Positions 9,585 to 18,600 of a DNA stretch of 64,000 bases are shown piece after piece; within the stretch, counting starts at the first letter, position 1; each line of letters opens with the position of its first letter. The notes under the pieces are model-generated. The model did no database searches, had not been told where the DNA came from, and saw only the letters and a list, made by a program, of their open reading frames with translations. The DNA comes from Candidatus Hydrogenedentota bacterium (GTDB taxonomy: Bacteria > Hydrogenedentota > Hydrogenedentia > Hydrogenedentales > SLHB01), in the NCBI GenBank assembly GCA_045863295.1, contig BTWA01000001.1:1-64000 (forward strand), given 5' to 3'. Made by a program: the position numbers and the translations under genes.

Positions 9585-10277
9585 TTACTCCGGGTGTGAG
9601 GGGTCGGCTGCACGCCAGACCCGCCAGAGCCGGCCTCTGCGTAAGTTTGCGTCCGACCAGGCATCCTGAACAGGTTCCACGTGGAACCTTCGGCCGCGAA
9701 TGCTCCCAATCCCCGTGGAAGGTTCCACGTGGAACCTTTCACCCAACAATTCGCCCGGATGGCCCATCTGATTGAACCAAATCGCGCCCTCGGGCAAATA
9801 CTCCAGAATGGAATAAGTCACCTTGTCCGGTTTTTCCACGGCCCTCGCCGTGACCCAACGCGCGCGAACCGGTGCGAACCCGCGCGGAAAGTCGACCTCG
9901 GCGATCGAGACGTTCTGAAGGCCCAGTGCCCCAACCACCTTCTGCAGAAATCCAACGCGTTTGGTTTGACGTTCCACCATCACCACTTCCAACTCGGGCA
10001 GAGCTACCTTCAAGGGTATCGCGGGAAACCCGGCCCCGGTTCCAATGTCCAACAGAAGCCCTTCGCGTGGACCACACTCCAGGATCATGGGAGCAAGACT
10101 CAATGCGTCCACCACATGTACTTGCTCCAGCAATGCCAAGTCTCGCTGGGAGACCAACGAAAGTACCGGCTGGTAACGCCGTATCAAGGAAGCAAACTCC
10201 GAGAGTTGCTTGAATTGACTGTCGGTCAGAACCCAACCGGCAGCCGAGAGTAGTTCGCATGGAAGTGGATCGAGCAT
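9585..10277 (-). CDS. rsmG: 16S rRNA m7G527 methyltransferase RsmG (GidB)
   Basis: HVVDAL, LLDIGTGAGFPAIPL, VERQTKRVGFL, VTARAV. Confidence 0.88.
   Translation of the reverse strand: MLDPLPCELLSAAGWVLTDSQFKQLSEFASLIRRYQPVLSLVSQRDLALLEQVHVVDALSLAPMILECGPREGLLLDIGTGAGFPAIPLKVALPELEVVMVERQTKRVGFLQKVVGALGLQNVSIAEVDFPRGFAPVRARWVTARAVEKPDKVTYSILEYLPEGAIWFNQMGHPGELLGERFHVEPSTGIGSIRGRRFHVEPVQDAWSDANLRRGRLWRVWRAADPSHPE
9672..9689. promoter_or_regulatory. parS-like centromere site 1
   Basis: Perfect palindrome AGGTTCCACGTGGAACCT; core matches parS consensus GTTNCACGTGNAAC. Confidence 0.8.
9719..9738. promoter_or_regulatory. parS-like centromere site 2
   Basis: Perfect 20-bp palindrome AAGGTTCCACGTGGAACCTT, centred 48 bp from site 1. 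Confidence 0.8.
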
Positions 10278-10445
10278 GGCACAATCTTACAGTAAAGAGC
10301 CGGGTGGGCAACAGTCTACCGGGGAGAAGATGTGTCAATCGGGTTTGGGCAAACCAGCCGCAATTGCAGCCCTGTCCTTGACTTACATTGCGTCCTTTGT
10401 TATCTTCGCCTCCATAGTGGGATTTAGTCCCCGGGGAGACTTCCG

Positions 10446-11678
10446 TTGAAATTCTTGATCCTGGTTGGCGACGGCATGGCCGATTTCCCATTGGACGAAT
10501 TGAACGGAAAGACCCCGATAGAAGCCGCCAATACGCCTGCCATGGACGAACTGGCCTCACTGGGTATGTGCGCCCTTTTTTGTCCCATCCCCGAAGGCCT
10601 GCCTCCCGGCAGCGACATTGGAAATCTATCCCTGTTTGGCTACGACCCGCGCTCTGTGTTTACTGGGCGCGCTCCCATGGAGGCCGCGAATCAGGGGATT
10701 GAATTGGCCCAGGATCAGGTGGCCTTCCGCTGCAACTTAGTGTGCATCGATGATGGCAGGATGAAGAGCTTCACAGCGGGCCATATTACAACCGAAGAAG
10801 CGGACGCCATCATCAAGGACTTGAACTACCTCTTCGACGGATCCGGGATGGATCTGCATACGGGGGTAAGCTATCGTCACTTGGGCATCGTCAAAACGCC
10901 GCGTGCTACGGTGGAACAGCTTGTATCGGTTGCGACCACTCCACCCCACAACATTACGGACCAAGAGGTCGACCCCTATCTACCGGATGGGGAAGGCAAT
11001 GAAGTGCTCTTGGAATGGATGGAACGGGCAAAAGGCGTGTTGAATGACCATCCAATCAATCGGAAACGGATCGCGGACGGAAAACTGCCCGCAACTTCGA
11101 TCTGGCTGTGGGGCCAGGGGCGGGCGCCAAAGATAGAGCCATATCCCCAGAAATTTGCCCTGTACGGGGCGGTCGTTTCCGCTGTGGATTTGGTAAACGG
11201 AATTGGTAAGTTGGCGGGCCTTGAAGTTTTGAAAGTCCCTGGCCTGACCGGATACTTGGATACCAATTACGAAGGCAAGGTAGAGGCGAGTCTTAAAGCA
11301 TTGGAGCGTTTAGACTTCGCCTATTTGCACGTGGAAGCGCCCGACGAGACCTCCCACGAGGGCCGAACCGATTTGAAGATTCAGGCCATTGAGGATTTCG
11401 ACCGGCGCGTCGTTCGCCCCTGCCTCGACTGGGCGAAGGCCCGCGGCGATGTGCGCGTGCTCGTCTGCCCCGATCATATCACGGCTATTTCAACCAAGAC
11501 TCACGCAGGCGGCCCGGTACCCTTTGCGCTGTTTGGCCCCGGCGTGGAGCAGGACCGAAACACCACGTACTCCGAAACCGCAGGCGCCCAGACCGGCCTG
11601 TTGTTTCCGTACGGCCACGAGCTGATTGATACCATGCTTCGGGCCCGGGTAGTTTCCAGTTCTCTAGTTGTATCATAA
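10446..11678 (+). CDS. apgM: Cofactor-independent phosphoglycerate mutase (ApgM family)
   Basis: ILVGDGMAD, KTPIEAANTP, PGSDIGNLSLFGYDP, HVEAPDETSHEG, PDHIT...KTH. Confidence 0.92.
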   Translation: MKFLILVGDGMADFPLDELNGKTPIEAANTPAMDELASLGMCALFCPIPEGLPPGSDIGNLSLFGYDPRSVFTGRAPMEAANQGIELAQDQVAFRCNLVCIDDGRMKSFTAGHITTEEADAIIKDLNYLFDGSGMDLHTGVSYRHLGIVKTPRATVEQLVSVATTPPHNITDQEVDPYLPDGEGNEVLLEWMERAKGVLNDHPINRKRIADGKLPATSIWLWGQGRAPKIEPYPQKFALYGAVVSAVDLVNGIGKLAGLEVLKVPGLTGYLDTNYEGKVEASLKALERLDFAYLHVEAPDETSHEGRTDLKIQAIEDFDRRVVRPCLDWAKARGDVRVLVCPDHITAISTKTHAGGPVPFALFGPGVEQDRNTTYSETAGAQTGLLFPYGHELIDTMLRARVVSSSLVVS

Positions 11679-11707
11679 TACCATGGAACCAGAATAGCCG
11701 ATTCCAT

Positions 11708-13372
11708 TTAGGGCGGACCCAAGATCACCATTACCGCGTAGACGATTGCTGCTGCGAATGCGACTGCAAACCGGGTGCGGAAAGTACGGCTCTTGGTGGG
11801 GGATACCTGAAATACTTCGTCCATGGCGACCGTTCCGAGGGCGCGCTCAGCTTCGGTACAATTGCCCCGAAGAAACCAGTCCATTGCCAATGCACAAGCC
11901 TTTTCCACATCTTGTTCGCTTTGCTCGATGGCACCTTCATCCACTCCGCCAGCATTCATGAGCCACCGTGCGTCCGACTCACTTAACCGTGCATGACGCG
12001 TTCCGTCGTAGGAAAACAGAACTGATGAGGTGAGCCAGTGCCAACGAAGCGGCACGCCAATTCCTTCTTGCGGCAACGGCAACCACAGTTCCAAACCATC
12101 CCGACGCCAAGTCCAATCCGCCGCAATCTGGCGGTCGCCGCAGAAGCGCGCGAAGGCCCACAGTTCTTTCGCCGTCATCGCTCGGGAAGTCGGGCACCCC
12201 TCCACGGCAAGAAGCCCTGCCGCGTGCCGCAGAAAGAGATTGCCATCGTGACGCACGATGCCGTGTCGCTCCGCGTAAAACTGCAGCATGACCAAACCAG
12301 GCCACAACACAAAGAGGGCACTGCCCGCTTGTCCAAATAGGCCCATACACACGATGGCCGCAAAGTAGAAAGTGATGCTAATCACCTGAACACGGCGATA
12401 GTACGTTCGATCGATCACCAAACGTCGCGCGGACGCCAACACGAACACGCCGCAAAGCACGCTTAACACCAAGACTGCACGCGCGAATCCAAACCACCAT
12501 GAACCGGCGAAGAACAGGAACATGAACCATACGGCGCAAAGCGTCCTCCAACGCAGCGAATCCTCATGGGCTTTGGCGCGTAGTTGACCCGCCCGACCGG
12601 GTACAAAATTGCCGGCCTCCCGCTTGTGGAGCCACCAGCCTGTCCATAGCCCTGCCAGCAGGCCCGACACGGGTACAAGGAAAAAGGCGGCACAGGCTAA
12701 CGCCTTTCCCGCCGCGCTAGTCAAAATCGATGTCCCCGATCCAAGAATCCCCAAGGTCGCAGGCTCCAAGGGAATCGCAGCCATAACCTGACCAGGGAAA
12801 TTCGCGCGCGGACGCAAATCTCCCAACGCTTCGTCCAACCGGCGCTCCATACGGCCTCGGATCACGCCACGCGCACGATGCAGGCGCGTTCGCATCGTGG
12901 TTTCCTTGATTCCGAGAATCCGCGCCGCTTCTCGAATACTTTTTCCTTCCAAATAGAAGAGCACCAATGCCTCGCGCAATACATCGGGCATAGACGCCAT
13001 CGTATCCTGCAACAACTCATCCACGGACACATCGCGCACAGCATCAGAAACGTCCGATTCCGCGCCTGCATGCATGATCGCCCAACGGGCCTTGTCCCGC
13101 CGGATTCTACCCTGCTTTCTTCCCAGACTCGTGCTGACATTGCGAGCGATCGAGCCGATCCATGACCCAAAGCGACCGGGGTCCCGCAACGACCTGATTT
13201 GACAATATCCTTTCAAGAACGTCTCCTGGGTCGCTTCGTCGCAGAGATCAGGATCGCCCAGGCGGCTCCATGCGATGCCATAGACAAGGCGCTGGTAGCG
13301 AACGACAAGTTCTTCGAACCGGTCCCGATCCCCGCTGCATACTGCCCGAACAGCGTCTATATCCGCGCTCAT
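11708..13372 (-). CDS. ECF sigma factor with long C-terminal multi-TM extension
   Basis: Region 2 YQRLVYGIA..DEATQETFLKGY, region 4 REALVLFYLEGKSIREAARILGI..TMRTRLHRAR, then several hydrophobic helices. Confidence 0.85.
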   Translation of the reverse strand: MSADIDAVRAVCSGDRDRFEELVVRYQRLVYGIAWSRLGDPDLCDEATQETFLKGYCQIRSLRDPGRFGSWIGSIARNVSTSLGRKQGRIRRDKARWAIMHAGAESDVSDAVRDVSVDELLQDTMASMPDVLREALVLFYLEGKSIREAARILGIKETTMRTRLHRARGVIRGRMERRLDEALGDLRPRANFPGQVMAAIPLEPATLGILGSGTSILTSAAGKALACAAFFLVPVSGLLAGLWTGWWLHKREAGNFVPGRAGQLRAKAHEDSLRWRTLCAVWFMFLFFAGSWWFGFARAVLVLSVLCGVFVLASARRLVIDRTYYRRVQVISITFYFAAIVCMGLFGQAGSALFVLWPGLVMLQFYAERHGIVRHDGNLFLRHAAGLLAVEGCPTSRAMTAKELWAFARFCGDRQIAADWTWRRDGLELWLPLPQEGIGVPLRWHWLTSSVLFSYDGTRHARLSESDARWLMNAGGVDEGAIEQSEQDVEKACALAMDWFLRGNCTEAERALGTVAMDEVFQVSPTKSRTFRTRFAVAFAAAIVYAVMVILGPP

Positions 13373-13663
13373 ACTCTGTGCTCTCCAGAGCCCCTCGCTC
13401 CAAAGGAAAGGACGCAACCCAAGCCCAAAGGTTACCGAAAACCCAGCTCGTGAGTGAAAACCCGTCTGTAGGAACCAATCCGCACTTGCCGTCTCAGTAT
13501 CGGTAAAACCGGGTCGTTAAAGAGTGTAAATAATGCGCCAATTTGCCAACGTGCCTGCCCAATAGCATTTTTCTCAACTTCTACTCAAAAAAACGCACGT
13601 TAGAATTGGCTCAGGCGGTCGCGACACAGGGCCGCCGAACCCTAACCAAGGGAGAGTATCACC

Positions 13664-13837
13664 ATGCTGTACTGGGCAGTTGTCTTTCTCATCGTGGCCC
13701 TAGTGGCCGGCGTGCTTGGCTTTGGCGGCGTCATGAGCGCCGCGGTCGGCATCGCCCAGATTCTTTTCATTGTGTTCCTTGTGTTGTTCCTTGTCTCGTT
13801 GGTGGCGGGATTAAGTCGCCGACGGCCCGTGATCTGA
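13664..13837 (+). CDS. DUF1328 (YtjA-like) small membrane protein (not in ORF track)
   Basis: [55 protein letters not shown]. Confidence 0.9.
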   Translation: MLYWAVVFLIVALVAGVLGFGGVMSAAVGIAQILFIVFLVLFLVSLVAGLSRRRPVI

Positions 13838-13893
13838 GGCGCGGACCCACGGAGTGAGTCCACATTCGCCAACGCACACAAAGGAGGTGCGCC

Positions 13894-14046
13894 ATGAACA
13901 CCCTACGAACAGCCATCTGCATTGCTCTCCTGGGCGCTGTCGCCATGAGTTCACTGGTCGGGTGCAACACCATCCGCGGCGCGGGTCGCGACATCGAACA
14001 GGGCGGTGAGGCTATACAGGATGCCGCCACCGAGGCCCAACACTGA
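13894..14046 (+). CDS. Entericidin EcnA/B family lipoprotein (not in ORF track)
   Basis: ...LVGCNTIRGAGRDIEQGGEAIQDAA; AAGGAGG RBS. Confidence 0.9.
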   Translation: MNTLRTAICIALLGAVAMSSLVGCNTIRGAGRDIEQGGEAIQDAATEAQH

Positions 14047-14239
14047 CAAGCCCTGATGGCTTATCGCGGATGAGGAGTTCCAGGTATGAGTATTTTGCGC
14101 GGAGCCCTGTCGGCGCGGGTGCATGGAAGCTAGGCGGCGGCTGTTTCAGCACAATCGTAGTTTTCCTGCTGCTCTACTGGTTATTGGGGCAGATGGGTCT
14201 ATGACGAAAAGCGTGGGCATTCCACGAAGGAGTATTGCC

Positions 14240-14440
14240 ATGAACTGGGATCGAATCGAAGGCAATTGGAAAGTATTCAAAGGCCATGTGAAAGAACGCT
14301 GGGGGCGGTTGACCGACGACGACTTACAGGTGGTCGCAGGCAAACGGGACCAGCTTGCCGGTAAGATTCAGGAACGGTATGGCTACGCGAAAGATCGCGT
14401 GCAGGAAGAAATCGACGATTTCGAAGAAGCGCTCAAATAG
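14240..14440 (+). CDS. csbD: CsbD/YjbJ family stress protein
   Basis: MNWDRIEGNWKVFKGHVKERWGRLTDDDL...GKRDQLAGKIQERYG; AAGGAG RBS. Confidence 0.92.
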   Translation: MNWDRIEGNWKVFKGHVKERWGRLTDDDLQVVAGKRDQLAGKIQERYGYAKDRVQEEIDDFEEALK

Positions 14441-14462
14441 CGGCTGCCGCAACCCCGCTACA

Positions 14463-14618
14463 CCGGATTGCGCACCGCCCGCATGACCATGCCTGCCACG
14501 GGCATTTCCACGAGCGGTGCGGAATCCGGGGATACACACGACCTCCCTGGGCCTGGTACACAAACCGGGCCGGAACGTCTCTCGCCGCACGGCGACAGAA
14601 CTCCGGCCCGGTTTGTGT
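14463..14618. repeat. Two long tandem hairpins downstream of csbD
   Basis: IR 14463-14478/14514-14529 (15 of 16 match) and perfect 17-bp IR 14558-14574/14602-14618, each with an inner stem. Confidence 0.75.
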
Positions 14619-14650
14619 GTAATCGATACTAATTAATCCTGCGAGGGTTC

Positions 14651-14680
14651 TTGACGATTTTATTAGTTTCGTTGTAGCAT
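14651..14680 (+). promoter_or_regulatory. Putative sigma70 promoter of the fad operon
   Basis: TTGACG-N18-TAGCAT in an AT-rich patch. Confidence 0.45.
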
Positions 14681-14853
14681 TCGTGTTTCGCAGGGTTCAG
14701 AGATTTTCGAGGGAGACCAGACCGAATCCGAGGGTCGGGAGTTTGCCGGTGCGATTTCTGACCTACCGGTAGGTTTTAGCGAGGTGCGGGTCGCACGGGC
14801 GTCGTGCCTGGCACCCTGCAACAACAGCGGATTGCCACAGGAGTGCGGGAGAA

Positions 14854-17253
14854 ATGAGAAGCATCGACAAGGTGGCGGTATTGGGATCCGGCGTCATGGG
14901 AGGCGCGATTGCCGCGCACTTGGCGAACTGCGGCATCCCCAGCATCATGTTGGATATCGTGCCGCCTAACCTCCCAGAAGCCGAAAAGGGAAAGAAAGCC
15001 AAGCGCGACGCCATCGCCGCCGGGGCGAAAGCCAATCTGTTGAAAACGAAACCGTCGCCGGTCTATCTAAAATCCAACATTGCCCTCATTGAAGTCGGAA
15101 ACTTCGAAGACGACATGGGACGAATCGCGGAATGCGACTGGATCATCGAAGTCGTCAAGGAAGACCTGGCCATCAAACACCGGGTATACGGTGAAGTGGC
15201 GAAGCACCGCAAACCGGGCACGATTATCACGTCCAATACCAGCGGTCTTCCCATTGCGGCCATGGCCGAAGTCATGGACAAGGAAATGAGCCAACATTTC
15301 TTTGGTACGCACTTCTTCAATCCTCCCCGTTATTTGAAGCTACTTGAGATCATTCCAGGACCGGACACCAATCCCGACTTAATCCGGTTCATGGCGAACT
15401 TCTTCGAAAATGTCATGGGCAAGGGCGTGGTCTATGCAAAGGACACACCCAACTTTATAGCGAACCGCATCCTGACGTTCAGCGGACAATTCATCCTGCA
15501 TGAAATGGTTAAGGATGGCTTGTCCGTGGAGGAGGTGGACGCTCTTACAGGCCCGGCAGTGGGTCATGCGTCCTCCGCGACCTTTCGCACCTTTGATCTC
15601 GTGGGCCTCGACACCTACGCGCTTGTCGTAGGCAATGTCCGCAACGGCTGCCCAAACGATGAACGCCTCGATCTGATGACCCCGCCTGACTGGGTGAAGA
15701 AGATGATCGAGAAGGGACTTATCGGCGAGAAGTCCGGGTCGGGTTTTTACAAGAAGACCAATCAGAAGGACGAGAAGGGCAAGACCATTATTCAGGGAAT
15801 TGATCCAGAGACGCTGGAATACCGCGATCCCATCAAGCCCCGTTTCGAGTGCACAGGCGCGGTTCGAAACGCCGAGACCGTCGAAGACAAGATACGGATC
15901 ATGCACAACGGCACAGACAAAGGAGCGCAGTTTGCCTGGAAAGTATTTGCGAACTCCGCGATTTATGCCGGCAACCGTATCCCCGAGATTGCCGACGATA
16001 TCGTCAACATCGACAACGCCCTCAAATGGGGCTTTGCGTGGGACTTGGGACTCTTTGAAACGTGGGACGTGCTCGGTGTCAAAGACGTGTGCGATCGCAT
16101 GGAGCGCGACGGCCTCACGCCACCGCCGATTGCCAAGGCGCTGATAGCGAAGGGATACGGTTCCTTCTACAAATCCGATAAAGGCGTTCAGTACTACTTT
16201 GACCTCACCTCAAATGAGTACAAACCAGTTCCGTTGAACCCGAACATACTCATACTCAAGTCGGAAAAAGAACGAAGCAAAATAGTGAAGACCACGGAAA
16301 GCGCCAGCCTGATCGATATCGGGGATGGCGTTCTCTGCTGCGAATTTCACTCCAAGATGAATGCCATTGACGACGGCATTGGACTGATGTTGGCGACTGG
16401 CGCCGACCTGCTGAACGAGGGCCAGTTCTCCGGCATGGTGATCGCCAATCAGGCGCCGCACTTTTGCGTGGGTGCGAACATCTTTGTGTTGCTCGGCGAA
16501 GCGATGCAGGAAAACTGGGCCAAAGTTGACGAGATGGTCAACAGCTTTCAGCAAGTGAATCAGCGCGTACGTTTCTCGAAAGGCCCGGTGGTGGCCGCGC
16601 CGCACCATTACACGATGGGAGGCGGCGTGGAGATATGCCAGCACGCGGATCGCTGCGTGATCAGCGGCGAAACGTATGGCGGCCTGGTCGAAGTCGGGGT
16701 TGGCCTGATTCCCGGCGGCGGCGGATGCAAGGAAATGGTACGGCGCGCCTTTGACTATGTGCCCGCAAGCGTCACCGACGCGGACGTGGGCCCGTACATC
16801 CGGCGTGCCTTCGAAGACATCGCCACCGCAAAGGTCAGCACCAGCGGCGCGGAGATGATTGAACTCGGTTACCTGTCCGCAAACGACGTGGTCATCGCCA
16901 GCTTTGATCAGCAGGTGAAACGTGCCAAGGACATGTGCCTGGGCATGGTAAAGGCCGGTTACCGTGCGCCCCGCCCGGCCACCATGCAGGCTTTGGGCGA
17001 TGGAGCCAAGGCCCTGTTCCGGGTCGCGGTGTACGGCTTTCAACTCGGCGGGTTCGCGTCGGAGCACGACGCTTACATTGCGGAGAAAATCGCGCATATC
17101 CTCACGGGCGGCAACCGGACCGCGGGAACAGTCATCACCGAGCAGGATGTTCTGGATCTTGAAAGAGAAGCGTTCCTGAGTTTGGTTGGCACCGAGAAGA
17201 CACAACAGCGCATACAACATATGTTGACAACCGGCAAGCCGTTGCGCAACTGA
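14854..17253 (+). CDS. fadN: 3-hydroxyacyl-CoA dehydrogenase / enoyl-CoA hydratase (FadN-type architecture)
   Basis: VAVLGSGVMG, SNTSG, HFFNPPRY, KDTPNFIANR; C-terminal crotonase (GGGVE, GLVEVGVGLIPGGGG); ends GKPLRN. Confidence 0.92.
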   Translation: MRSIDKVAVLGSGVMGGAIAAHLANCGIPSIMLDIVPPNLPEAEKGKKAKRDAIAAGAKANLLKTKPSPVYLKSNIALIEVGNFEDDMGRIAECDWIIEVVKEDLAIKHRVYGEVAKHRKPGTIITSNTSGLPIAAMAEVMDKEMSQHFFGTHFFNPPRYLKLLEIIPGPDTNPDLIRFMANFFENVMGKGVVYAKDTPNFIANRILTFSGQFILHEMVKDGLSVEEVDALTGPAVGHASSATFRTFDLVGLDTYALVVGNVRNGCPNDERLDLMTPPDWVKKMIEKGLIGEKSGSGFYKKTNQKDEKGKTIIQGIDPETLEYRDPIKPRFECTGAVRNAETVEDKIRIMHNGTDKGAQFAWKVFANSAIYAGNRIPEIADDIVNIDNALKWGFAWDLGLFETWDVLGVKDVCDRMERDGLTPPPIAKALIAKGYGSFYKSDKGVQYYFDLTSNEYKPVPLNPNILILKSEKERSKIVKTTESASLIDIGDGVLCCEFHSKMNAIDDGIGLMLATGADLLNEGQFSGMVIANQAPHFCVGANIFVLLGEAMQENWAKVDEMVNSFQQVNQRVRFSKGPVVAAPHHYTMGGGVEICQHADRCVISGETYGGLVEVGVGLIPGGGGCKEMVRRAFDYVPASVTDADVGPYIRRAFEDIATAKVSTSGAEMIELGYLSANDVVIASFDQQVKRAKDMCLGMVKAGYRAPRPATMQALGDGAKALFRVAVYGFQLGGFASEHDAYIAEKIAHILTGGNRTAGTVITEQDVLDLEREAFLSLVGTEKTQQRIQHMLTTGKPLRN

Positions 17254-17378
17254 GGCAAACCGAGAGTCCCGCGTGGTTCCACAAGTACGTGCCTGTCCGG
17301 TTCGCGCGGAAACGGGACCGTTACCGGGCTGGCACGAAAGCGGCGGAAAGCCGCCTCTACTTCAGGGAGATTGCCCTT

Positions 17379-18539
17379 ATGGACAATGTATACATCGTAT
17401 CGGGCGTGCGCACCGCCGTGGGCAAGTCAGGCCGCGGCACCTTGAAAGACTACCGGCCCGATGACATGGCGGCCGTCTGCATCAAGGAAGCATTGAATCG
17501 CGCCAACCTGCCCGCCGAAGCCGTTCAGGACGTGGTATTGGGCTGCGCGATTCCTGAACAGGCGCAAGGCATGAACGTCGCCCGCATTGCCGTGTTGCGC
17601 GCCGGACTGCCCGAGACTACAAACGCCATGACCATCAACCGGTTTTGCTCGTCCGGGTTGGAAGCAATGGCCATTGCGGCTGCGAAAATCGAGGCTGGTC
17701 TGCTCAATTGTGCGATTGCCGGCGGCGCGGAATCCATGAGCCTGGTCTCCATGCCCGGCGCCAAGCCGTCGTTCAATCCCACCTTGTCCAAAGAGAAGCC
17801 GGAGACGTATATCGCCATGGGCAATGCGGGCGACAACGTGGCGCGCAAGTTTGGGTTCACCCGCGAGCAACTCGATCAGTGGGCGCTTGAGAGCAATCAA
17901 AAAGCCGTGGCGGCCATCGATCTCGGCAAGTTCAAAGATGAGATCGTGCCCTTGGAAGTGCCGGTCAACGGACACAGCGTGACATTTGACACGGACGAAG
18001 GACCGCGCCGCGATACCAACATGGAAGCCCTTGCTTCTCTGAAGCCCGCTTTTGCGGCCTCGCCGAAATTGGGCTTTCATACCGCCGGTAATTCCAGTCA
18101 AACAAGTGACGGCGCGGCGGCGGTTGTGCTTATGAGTGGCGACGAGGTCAAAAAGCGAGGCCTGAAACCGCTAGCCCGCTTTCGCTCCTACGCCGTGGCC
18201 GCCGACAGTCCGGCTTACCTTGGACCGGCCCAATTGGTGGCGATCCCCAAGGCGTGTGAAATGGCCGGCATTAAGGTGGAAGACGTCGACCTGTTTGAGA
18301 TCAACGAAGCCTTCGCGTCGGTGGCCATGTTGGTTACGCAGGAATTGAAACTCGACAAGAACAAGGTCAACGTCAACGGCGGTGCCATTGCGATGGGTCA
18401 TCCGCTTGGTTGCACCGGCGCCAAACTATCCGTGCAAATCATCAACGAATTAAAACGGCGAGGAAAGAAGTACGGCGTGGTCACCATGTGCATCGGCGGT
18501 GGCATGGGTGCGGCGGGCGTCATCGAAATGTGCAATTGA
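17379..18539 (+). CDS. fadA: Acetyl-CoA C-acyltransferase (thiolase)
   Basis: INRFCSSG, NEAFA, GHPLGCTG, MCIGGGMG. Confidence 0.95.
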   Translation: MDNVYIVSGVRTAVGKSGRGTLKDYRPDDMAAVCIKEALNRANLPAEAVQDVVLGCAIPEQAQGMNVARIAVLRAGLPETTNAMTINRFCSSGLEAMAIAAAKIEAGLLNCAIAGGAESMSLVSMPGAKPSFNPTLSKEKPETYIAMGNAGDNVARKFGFTREQLDQWALESNQKAVAAIDLGKFKDEIVPLEVPVNGHSVTFDTDEGPRRDTNMEALASLKPAFAASPKLGFHTAGNSSQTSDGAAAVVLMSGDEVKKRGLKPLARFRSYAVAADSPAYLGPAQLVAIPKACEMAGIKVEDVDLFEINEAFASVAMLVTQELKLDKNKVNVNGGAIAMGHPLGCTGAKLSVQIINELKRRGKKYGVVTMCIGGGMGAAGVIEMCN

Positions 18540-18553
18540 CCAAAGTCCTAACG

Positions 18554-18600
18554 AGCCCCGTCTGCGCAGAAGGCGATTGCGCAGGCGGGCTTTTCATTTT
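18554..18600 (+). terminator. Rho-independent terminator
   Basis: CCCGTCTGCGCA / TGCGCAGGCGGG stem followed by T-rich tail. Confidence 0.75.

Noticed and set aside
13606..13622. Sigma54 promoter ahead of the DUF1328 gene
   Set aside because: GG-to-GC spacing is 11 nt rather than the required 10.
16210..17220. Long antisense ORFs (this one and others such as 25962-27254, 36856-37863, 41738-42862)
   Set aside because: Shadow frames of well-supported genes in GC-rich DNA, with no protein motifs.
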